The notes under the pieces: model-generated
Database searches by the model: none
What the model saw: only the letters and a program-made list of their open reading frames with translations
What the model was told of the DNA's origin: nothing
Assembly: GCA_903828055.1 (NCBI GenBank)
Contig: CAIKKP010000060.1
Location: 1-64,000 of the forward strand
DNA length: 64,000 bases
Direction of reading: 5' to 3'
Origin: an uncultured bacterium
GTDB lineage: Bacteria > Patescibacteriota > Andersenbacteria > UBA10190 > CAIZMI01
Shown: positions 16,126 to 23,664 of the stretch, one piece after another
Position numbering within the stretch: position 1 is the stretch's first letter
Layout: the number at the start of each line of letters is the position of its first letter
Made by a program: the position numbers and the translations under genes

Positions 16126-18549
16126 ATGGAAGAAAGTGAAGAGGATTACGGCCGGGATGAAGCGGACATTGAAAATGTCCCGCAACGACCACCGACCAAA
16201 ATAAAAATGCTATCTGTTGATGCCGCGGAATTAGTAACCTGCGACAAAGAGGCAAGCACTGTTTTGTGCGATACCTACATTTACGACCCCGATGAAACCG
16301 AAGCTAAACTCGGGTCTCTTTATCTTGTTTTAGAAACAATAAATCATTCTGAACGTGCAACCGAAGTCACCGACGCCGTATCGACCGCAATCCGCAAAGA
16401 ATACTTCCGCGATCCAAATCGCAACATGTATGACAGCCTCGAAGAAGCCCTAAAACAAGCCAACCATGTCCTTAGTGACTACGTACAACAAGGAGAAATT
16501 GATTGGGTAGAAAACTTCCATGCCGCCGCCTGCGCCTTTTCCGGACAAAACGTCCATATTAGTCGCGTCGGAGACGCGGAGTTGTTACTTATCAGAAAAG
16601 GTCGTCTTACCGATATTGGCGAAGGTCTTTCAGACCCAAACCTTCGACGACCTCACCATGCTTTCACCAGTGTTGCCAGTGGCACCGTAGCAGAAAACGA
16701 CGTTCTATTATTAGCCACTCCACAACTATCGCAACTAATTCCAAATGAACGCCTAAACCACACTGTTTCCAGCAAAACACCAAAAGAAGTTATTAGTGCT
16801 CTTCGTGCCCTTCTTGATAGTGCTCGAGAAAATACCGCCTTTGCTCTGTTACTACTACAATTTTCAAAACTGCCGGAAAGACTTCCCGCACCGGCTGTTC
16901 CCATAAATATGCCAAAAAAAGTAAACCTTGCGCGACAAGAAGAAAACACTCAGAGCACAATTCGCACTCGTCGCCCTATCCCCCTCAAACGCACATTTTG
17001 GACTACACTTCTCCGGATCATTAAACAAATAACATCAATTACCTGGAAATTTACCCGAGAAAAGTTTTTTCCACTGGTTTCTTTGGCTTCTGTGTGGACA
17101 ATGAAAAAAACTGGCTCTTTGGCCAGCGCCACCGCTCGAGGCACAAAAAATTTAATCAATACCCGAAAAAACCGCGCCCCAGAAGAAAATCAAGAAATTG
17201 AAAATGCGGAAGAAGACCACATTGATGAAATTGCGTTAGAAAACGAAAATGAATCATCCGATACTGAATTTATTTCCGACACCGTAAGCTATTCGGAAGA
17301 AACAATAGTCAAAGAAAGTTTTTTGAAGCGATTCATTTTGCCGATATTTAAAATAACTCGCAACATCATTAAGCCCCTTTTTAGTTTCAAAAACACCCCT
17401 AAAACAACAAAAATCCTGCTTGGGGTGGTAATTATTTTCATCATCATTTTTGTCTTTGGCGTTCGCTCCTTATCCGACAAAAAGAAAGTAGATACCGCAA
17501 TTCGCGGTGTAGCCGAACAGCTTGAACAAGCGCGAGTTAAAAAAGACAATGCGGACTCCGCCCTTATTTACAACAACCAACAAAAGGCCAAAATTGACCT
17601 TCAAGAAGCGCTTAATATGGCAAATCAAGTTAATGCTAGCGGATACTACAAAGACGAATCAGACAAACTGATTGTTTCTATCCAGGAAATTCAAGATCGA
17701 ATAGAAAAAGTAACCCGCATAAGTACGCCTAATTTGGCAGGAGACTTTGCCAGTATCGCAGGATCACTAAAAACACCCGCAATGATTAATATTGAACGCA
17801 ATATCTTCACCTTTGATCCGGTCACTAACGCTATTTACAGCCTTAACTTAGACAACAAGGAAACAAAGGTTGCCTCACAAACATCCCAAGGTATCGGCTA
17901 CTTCCGTGGCGCTACCCCACTTTTCGCGGAAAAATCCATCCTTCTCACCACAGACACTCCCGGGCTTGCTATGTTTGACACTCAACGCTCTGAATTGCTT
18001 AAACAAGAAGTTAAATTGCCTGCCGACATAAAAAACATTGACACAGCAAGTATTTTTGGTAGCCGTCTTTATTTGCTTTCAACCGCCAAAAAAATGATAT
18101 ATGGGTTTAGTAAAACACTCTCCGGATATGACGGCGGAAATACATGGTTAACCGACAGTACAGTATCAATCGAACGCGCCACTGGCATGGGCGTTGATGG
18201 CTACATTTATCTACTTATGGACGACGGTAAAATTGTAAAAATGTTAAAAGGCAAACCAGTCGAGTTTAAACAAGGAATTACGAATACTCCTATTGTAAAA
18301 CCATCGCGCCTCTTAATTTACGACGGAATCAAGCATTTATACATTTTAGACCAAGCCGAAAAACGCGTATTGGTCTACGATACGGTTGGCAATCTAACCA
18401 ACCAATTAGTCTTCCCATCCGCAAAAGAACTACGAGACATCGCGATCAGCAGTAAAGAGGACATGCTATACGTACTGGATGAGACGAGAGTGTACTCGGT
18501 GCAACTGAAATCCACCACAACAACCCCCACTCCAAAAGCGACTAACTAG
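16126..18549 (+). CDS. large hypothetical protein: N-terminal PP2C-like-looking segment (VGDAELLLIRKG), central TM segment, C-terminal beta-propeller-like region
   Basis: Long ORF of 807 aa. Domain calls are weak and pattern-based only. Confidence 0.4.
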   Translation: MEESEEDYGRDEADIENVPQRPPTKIKMLSVDAAELVTCDKEASTVLCDTYIYDPDETEAKLGSLYLVLETINHSERATEVTDAVSTAIRKEYFRDPNRNMYDSLEEALKQANHVLSDYVQQGEIDWVENFHAAACAFSGQNVHISRVGDAELLLIRKGRLTDIGEGLSDPNLRRPHHAFTSVASGTVAENDVLLLATPQLSQLIPNERLNHTVSSKTPKEVISALRALLDSARENTAFALLLLQFSKLPERLPAPAVPINMPKKVNLARQEENTQSTIRTRRPIPLKRTFWTTLLRIIKQITSITWKFTREKFFPLVSLASVWTMKKTGSLASATARGTKNLINTRKNRAPEENQEIENAEEDHIDEIALENENESSDTEFISDTVSYSEETIVKESFLKRFILPIFKITRNIIKPLFSFKNTPKTTKILLGVVIIFIIIFVFGVRSLSDKKKVDTAIRGVAEQLEQARVKKDNADSALIYNNQQKAKIDLQEALNMANQVNASGYYKDESDKLIVSIQEIQDRIEKVTRISTPNLAGDFASIAGSLKTPAMINIERNIFTFDPVTNAIYSLNLDNKETKVASQTSQGIGYFRGATPLFAEKSILLTTDTPGLAMFDTQRSELLKQEVKLPADIKNIDTASIFGSRLYLLSTAKKMIYGFSKTLSGYDGGNTWLTDSTVSIERATGMGVDGYIYLLMDDGKIVKMLKGKPVEFKQGITNTPIVKPSRLLIYDGIKHLYILDQAEKRVLVYDTVGNLTNQLVFPSAKELRDIAISSKEDMLYVLDETRVYSVQLKSTTTTPTPKATN

Positions 18550-18551
18550 AA

Positions 18552-18656
18552 AATAATTTCTAATATCTAATTCCTAATTTCTAATGAAATTATCAGTTTT
18601 TAATTCCGTAAAAATTTGAAATTTGGATATTTCATTAGATATTAGTAATTAGATAT
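18552..18656. repeat. AT-rich 29-bp inverted repeat pair between convergent genes
   Basis: AATATCTAATTCCTAATTTCTAATGAAAT versus the RC arm AATATCTAATTACTAATATCTAATGAAAT (27/29), separated by about 37 nt. Confidence 0.6.
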
Positions 18657-18724
18657 TTGGCATTAAATAACATAAAAAAACGATGAGCTTTTTATTGCCC
18701 ACCGTCTTTTTATTTATCAATTTA

Positions 18725-19138
18725 CTATTTCAATACAACCGTCGCTCCTGCTTCTTCTAACTTTTTCTTAATATCTTCAGCTGTTGCTTTGTCTGCGCCT
18801 TCTTTTACCACTTGTGGAGCTTGGTCAACCATATCTTTGGCTTCCTTCAAACCCTTACCGGTAATTTCACGCACAATCTTAATAACAGCGATTTTGTTTG
18901 TACCACATCCGGTCAATTCAACATTGAATTCAGTTTTTTCCTCAACTGCGGCAGCGCCTGCGCCAGCGACGGCTGGAGCGGCCATTGCCATTGGAGCGGC
19001 AGCGGAAACTCCAAATTTCTTTTCCAAAACTTTGACTAATTCCGCCAAGTCCAAAACGGACATTTTTTCAATGGTGGCGACCATGTCTTTAAACTTCTCT
19101 GGTACTTCAACTGCTTCGTCTTTTACTTCGTCTGACAT
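18725..19138 (-). CDS. rplL: 50S ribosomal protein L7/L12
   Basis: Ala-rich hinge ([16 protein letters not shown]) and C-terminal [11 protein letters not shown]...[14 protein letters not shown]. Confidence 0.95.
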   Translation of the reverse strand: MSDEVKDEAVEVPEKFKDMVATIEKMSVLDLAELVKVLEKKFGVSAAAPMAMAAPAVAGAGAAAVEEKTEFNVELTGCGTNKIAVIKIVREITGKGLKEAKDMVDQAPQVVKEGADKATAEDIKKKLEEAGATVVLK

Positions 19139-19166
19139 ATTTTTTAGTAAAAATTAATGATTTAAA

Positions 19167-19691
19167 TTATTCGCCCTGCTTATCGGCAATTGCCTGCAAA
19201 ACTACAGGTAATCCCCTTAGGGTGCCAGATAGAACTCCTGCGAAAGCCCTGACCGGCGCGATTAAGGTTCCTACCAACATCGCTCTTAGTTGATCTTTGC
19301 CCGGAAGCAAAGCCAAACTCTCTACTTGCTCGCGCGTAATTGCTGTTCCTTCAAGTAAACCTGCCACCAAGCTTGCTCCCTCGTGCGTTTTCACGAAATC
19401 GAAACTGGCTTTGGCCGGCGACACCATATCGGAATCGCTCCAGGTTACCGCTACCGAACCTTGCACTTTGGCAAAGTCCGCGGTGATACCAACGCTTTGT
19501 GCCGCGGCGCGAAAAACTCTTTTCTTGATGACCTGTACACGGCCACCGGTTTTTCGCAGTTCACGACGCAATTTGGCGCTCTCAGACACCGTGAGTTTCT
19601 TGAAAGAAAACACGGCGGCACCTTTGGCATCCTTGATCTTTACAGCAATATCGGACGCAAGAACTTTTTTCTCGCCTTTCGTTAGTGCCAT
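19167..19691 (-). CDS. rplJ: 50S ribosomal protein L10
   Basis: Typical L10 sequence and its position immediately upstream of rplL. Confidence 0.9.
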   Translation of the reverse strand: MALTKGEKKVLASDIAVKIKDAKGAAVFSFKKLTVSESAKLRRELRKTGGRVQVIKKRVFRAAAQSVGITADFAKVQGSVAVTWSDSDMVSPAKASFDFVKTHEGASLVAGLLEGTAITREQVESLALLPGKDQLRAMLVGTLIAPVRAFAGVLSGTLRGLPVVLQAIADKQGE

Positions 19692-19990
19692 ACGACCTAA
19701 ATTAAAAATGAGACGCGACGCGTCATCCTAAGACCATTTTTTGCTCAAATATTCTTGTTTCCACCATTCCCGCGAAGGCGGGAATCCACTATCGGTAAAA
19801 ACAATAGATTCGTGCAATTTACTTCCTCGTCTGGGCTTATGAGGCGATCTCTCGCCGTCCGCGTAAAGTCACTTGAGAGTGACCACGTAGTTCCCACGTA
19901 AAATTGCTTGATAGCAATCACGTGGTTCGCCAGAGGTCTATAGAAGCGTGCAGAAGTATCTTATAATATCCTTCGGTTTTATGCAATGAC
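19692..19990 (-). promoter_or_regulatory. highly structured GC-rich 5' region upstream of rplJ (candidate L10 leader)
   Basis: Several hairpins read directly (TTCCCGC-GAAG-GCGGGAA, GTCACT-TGAG-AGTGAC, ATTGCT-TGAT-AGCAAT). L10-L12 operons commonly carry an autoregulatory leader. Confidence 0.3.
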
Positions 19991-20122
19991 GTTGACACGA
20001 AGGGGTTCAGGGGCACTCAATCGGGGACCGTCCCAGCACGCCTGGGTCGGTCACTGATTGGTCGGCGATAAATCCCCCGTCGCTAAAGCTTTGGAGGTTT
20101 GTTTTTCTTTGAAAAGAAAAAC

Positions 20123-20154
20123 AAAAAAAACGGCGGGGACAGACGTCCTCGCCG
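20123..20154 (-). terminator. rho-independent terminator of the 20173..20997 gene
   Basis: Minus-strand hairpin CGGCGAGGAC-GTCTGTCC-CCGCCG followed by TTTTTTTT. Confidence 0.7.
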
Positions 20155-20172
20155 AAACTACCGCCACTTACT

Positions 20173-20997
20173 CTACCCTTCATAATCAGCGTCTGTTCTT
20201 CCTGCGATGGAACAGGCGTAGTTTTCATTTTTTTCCAAGCGCGCTTTGTCAGAAAGCGCCGCCTGAAAACGATGAAAAGTTGCGGCAACCTTGACCTTTT
20301 TGCCGAGCAAAAAGCGCATCCAACCAAGACTGCGCCACATGAGCGTGGCCATTCCCTTCCAAAAACACCTGTCCAACTCAAGCCGCTCGCCACACAGAAC
20401 GAGTTCTCTGTTCTCTGCCTCAATCCTACGAACATATCTCTCCTGGGCCGCTTCAGACAGCCCACGTTCAGCACACAAAACCCGCAACTGCTCCAGCTCC
20501 GACTGCTGTTGCTCAAACTCTTGAGAACGAGCACGAATCTCGTCACCGGACAGAACCCCGGCCATGTAGGCACAGGCATAGTCAGCCGAAATCCTTCCAA
20601 CCGCGCGACCACCATTCTGGCTCGCGGTCGTGTAGATATCGTCACCTACTTGAACCTCAATGACCCCGTTGGTGTCGATTTGACCGAGCCGAAGTGAGTT
20701 CGGACGAAAATCGACCTCAACATCCACCCACAGTTGCGCAGGATTTCCCAACCAGGTCACACTTAACAAACGATAAACCCACGGCTTTGTCTTTTGCGAA
20801 GTCTCGATTGCAATGGCGATCACGCCCAAACAATATGGTTCCGGCGAACTGACGGTAATCGTGCCGTAAGAAACTCCCCGCTGAGCAAAAAGTGGAAAAC
20901 TTGCGCCAATCAGCCGAACGTTGTACACACCGCCACAAGCGTTGCTCAAATTGACCACCGTCTCTTCCATATTCCTGATGGCTTTCAACATTGTCAT
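20173..20997 (-). CDS. hypothetical protein, possible SPFH/band-7-like core followed by a coiled coil
   Basis: GC-rich ORF (about 55% GC versus about 44% locally) with its own terminator. A strand-rich N-terminal part is followed by an EQ-rich coiled coil (EFEQQQSELEQLRVL...). The fold assignment is speculative. Confidence 0.35.
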   Translation of the reverse strand: MTMLKAIRNMEETVVNLSNACGGVYNVRLIGASFPLFAQRGVSYGTITVSSPEPYCLGVIAIAIETSQKTKPWVYRLLSVTWLGNPAQLWVDVEVDFRPNSLRLGQIDTNGVIEVQVGDDIYTTASQNGGRAVGRISADYACAYMAGVLSGDEIRARSQEFEQQQSELEQLRVLCAERGLSEAAQERYVRRIEAENRELVLCGERLELDRCFWKGMATLMWRSLGWMRFLLGKKVKVAATFHRFQAALSDKARLEKNENYACSIAGRTDADYEG

Positions 20998-21212
20998 CTT
21001 TCACCTCTTTCTCCGGCTCATCACCGGTTTTTAGAGAACATTCGACAACCGTTCATCACGGCTATCTAAACGGGTTTTGAAGTCGCCCCCGCTTTACGGG
21101 CGTGTCCGGTGAATACGCTAAATAACCGGAACAATGTAGCATATAACAAATACTGCATCTTGTCAAATTTACATTTGGTACGCGATCACAAGTTAAGTAA
21201 GAACCATCGCGT

Positions 21213-21254
21213 CCGATCACGGAACGGAGCAAGGTTGCTCCGTTCCGTGATCGG
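21213..21254. repeat. 42-nt perfect palindrome CCGATCACGGAACGGAGCAA-GG-TTGCTCCGTTCCGTGATCGG
   Basis: Perfect inverted repeat. A related copy at 29503..29543 shares the 22-nt TGCTCCGTTCCGTGATCGGTGC. Confidence 0.8.
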
Positions 21255-21347
21255 TGCTGGTTGGTGTCAACACAAACACGGATCGACAACGCCGAAGCGA
21301 TCGCTATGGCTATTTCCTCAACCTGTGCGGGGGTGGTACTAAATTTT

Positions 21348-22358
21348 TTATTTCAAATACTTCTGAACATTAGCGTTATGCTCGTCCAAAGTTTTTGAAA
21401 AAATTGACGTACCGTCCGACGCGGAAAGATAATAGAAATAGTCCGTTTCTTTGGGATCCATAGCCGATTTTAGTGTATCTAGCCCCGGGTTACCGATTGG
21501 ACCAGGTGGAAGCCCTGCGTTCGTGCGTGAGTTATACGGCGAATTAGTTTTAAGATCCGTAACCGTTAGCGGTTTATCCCAGTTATTTAATGCGTAACGA
21601 ATTGTCGCGTCCGCCGCCATCGCAACGCCATGACCGATTCTGCTCCACAAAATTCCCGATACAACACGACGATCATCAGGGGTAATTACTTCCCTCTCGA
21701 TAATACTAGCCATCGTCACAATCTCGTGCAATTTGTGTGTTCCAAGTCCCGACGTCTCTTTCGCCGCAACCTTAAATTGCTCATCGAAACGTTCAAGCAT
21801 GCGACTAATCACTTCATCAACCGGTGTTTTTTTGAAAAATTTGTAGGTATCCGGGAAAAGATATCCTTCCAAACTGCCATTTGGCACGTCTGCCAGAAAT
21901 TCAAATTTGTCGCGAAATTTTTCTACTTTCGCGTCAAAAATAAATTCGTCGGCCGATGCTATCCCTGCTTTTTCCAAACGTTGCGCTATCTCCTTTAGAG
22001 TCAATCCCTCCGGAATCGTCACCTTATTATCTTGAGGTAAAATATCCCCCGCCTCCAAACGCTTAATAATTTTTGCCCCAGATTCAGATTGCGAAAAACG
22101 GTAAACACCGGCCTTCAACTTCCCTTTTGCGCCAAGAAAATATTCTTGCAACAAAAAGCCCCATTTGCTTCTAACCAAGCGTTTCTCACCTAGGATCGCC
22201 ACAATTTGTTTTGAACCAGTACCGGCAGGAATCGTGACTTCAATTTGCTCCGATGATTTTAAGTTTATCGGCGCATTACTTAGATGCTTGTAACCAAAAT
22301 TAGCTAACAATAATAATATCAATACGCCAACAATCCCGAATACATAATTCTTCATCAA
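21348..22358 (-). CDS. mltG: endolytic murein transglycosylase MltG (YceG-like)
   Basis: N-terminal TM segment and a YceG-family C-terminal region (PPGPIGNPG...). Confidence 0.7.
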   Translation of the reverse strand: MMKNYVFGIVGVLILLLLANFGYKHLSNAPINLKSSEQIEVTIPAGTGSKQIVAILGEKRLVRSKWGFLLQEYFLGAKGKLKAGVYRFSQSESGAKIIKRLEAGDILPQDNKVTIPEGLTLKEIAQRLEKAGIASADEFIFDAKVEKFRDKFEFLADVPNGSLEGYLFPDTYKFFKKTPVDEVISRMLERFDEQFKVAAKETSGLGTHKLHEIVTMASIIEREVITPDDRRVVSGILWSRIGHGVAMAADATIRYALNNWDKPLTVTDLKTNSPYNSRTNAGLPPGPIGNPGLDTLKSAMDPKETDYFYYLSASDGTSIFSKTLDEHNANVQKYLK

Positions 22359-23443
22359 ATAAACTTCTTACCCTTTTTATCGGCACCAAGCATTTCCACG
22401 ATCTTTTTGACGTCTTGTACATCGTTTTTATTGCAAACGAGCAACGCATCGGGTGTCGAAATAACAATCAAATCTTTCACCCCAACCAACCCAATCGCCT
22501 TTTCCACAGTGTTGTAGACAAAGTTATTTGATGAATTTATTTGTGCCGCAACCCCTTTTTTCATTTCCAAACCATCTTTTCCGCCCACAAGCTCCTGCAA
22601 AGCGCCCCAGTGACCAATATCACTCCAGCCAAAATCACCACGCGCCACAAAAATATCTGCCGGATTCTGATGTTCGGTCACGGCAAAATCGATAGAAATC
22701 TTTGGCATACTTTCATAAACGCCACCAATCGCGCCAGTTTTTTTCGTCCGATACAATTCTTCAATTTTATCCAACTTTTTCGCAATCTCAGGGGCAAACT
22801 TATGCAACAATTCCAATAATGTTCCAACACGCCAAACATACACACCCATATTCCAAACAAAATTACCTTGTGCAATAAACTGTTGTGCCGTGACCAAATT
22901 TGGTTTTTCACGAAAACTTTTTACCGAAGACAACTCCACGCCTTGAAAAAACTTATTGTCGGTGCCGGTTTCAATATACCCATAACCAGTTTCCGGATAA
23001 GTCGGTACACCACCCAACATAGCCGTCGCGGACGGATTCTTTTCGATAAAATTTCCTGCGGCTTTAACTGTCCTAATAAACAATTTTTCGTTTCTAAAAT
23101 ATGGATCAGACGGCATTAAAATCATCGCCTCGTCGTGCTTTCCTTTCGAGGCAAAAAAAGCGGCGGCCATACCAATCGACGGTGCCGTATCACGTTTCAC
23201 CTGTTCTACCAAGATATTTGAAGCTGGCAAACGTTTCAGTTGTTTTCTAATTTCCGACACAAACGCGGTGCGTGTTGTAATCACGATATTTTCCGGCTTT
23301 CCCGCAATTTTCAATGCTCGATCAAAAGTGTGCTGAAGAAGGGTTTTATTGCCAAATAACTGCGTAAATTGCTTCGGATAACTATCTCGAGAAAGTGGCC
23401 AAAGACGTGTTCCGCCACCACCTGCCATTATGACGATATTCAT
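22355..23443 (-). CDS. mannose-1-phosphate guanylyltransferase-like nucleotidyltransferase
   Basis: Start trimmed to MNIVIMAGGGGTRLWPLS, the NTP-transferase G-loop. C-terminal left-handed beta-helix-like region. Confidence 0.75.
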   Translation of the reverse strand: MNIVIMAGGGGTRLWPLSRDSYPKQFTQLFGNKTLLQHTFDRALKIAGKPENIVITTRTAFVSEIRKQLKRLPASNILVEQVKRDTAPSIGMAAAFFASKGKHDEAMILMPSDPYFRNEKLFIRTVKAAGNFIEKNPSATAMLGGVPTYPETGYGYIETGTDNKFFQGVELSSVKSFREKPNLVTAQQFIAQGNFVWNMGVYVWRVGTLLELLHKFAPEIAKKLDKIEELYRTKKTGAIGGVYESMPKISIDFAVTEHQNPADIFVARGDFGWSDIGHWGALQELVGGKDGLEMKKGVAAQINSSNNFVYNTVEKAIGLVGVKDLIVISTPDALLVCNKNDVQDVKKIVEMLGADKKGKKFI

Positions 23444-23664
23444 AGTCGTGAATGATGAATAATGAATGAAGAATGCTGAATACGAACAACGAACACCAAT
23501 GAACAATATATCAAGAATACCAGAATTGGCCCTTTTGGCACATCTTTTTGGCACCACCGCGTTTCTTGACCATATTCATAATAAATGTTAAGAAATAGAC
23601 GTTCCAACTAATCATGTCGATAGGGTTGGATGTTTTGTTTCCCAATTTTGGAGGAGTTAGAGTT

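Noticed and set aside
18789-19157. Antisense ORFs within rplL and rplJ (e.g. 18789..19157, 19297..19731) and the many 60-120-aa antisense ORFs inside the MVP, dnaE and gatB genes
   Set aside because: They lie opposite well-supported genes and have low-complexity Ala/Ser/Arg compositions typical of antisense frames.
20007-20645. 212-aa ORF overlapping 20173..20997 in another frame
   Set aside because: It is an alternative-frame ORF in GC-rich DNA. The 274-aa frame has the downstream terminator and a more protein-like composition.
21062-21342. ORFs 21062..21289 (-) and 21109..21342 (+)
   Set aside because: They span the 42-nt palindrome and its flanks. Both translate the palindrome (...RSRNGA.LLRSVIG...), so they are mirror artefacts.
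23614-23664. 17-codon N-terminal extension of the MVP ORF (MSIGLDVLFPNFGGVRV)
   Set aside because: The GGAGG SD sits 10 nt before the internal ATG (MAATEITL...). That position corresponds to the MVP N-terminus (MATEEF...), so the extension is probably not translated.
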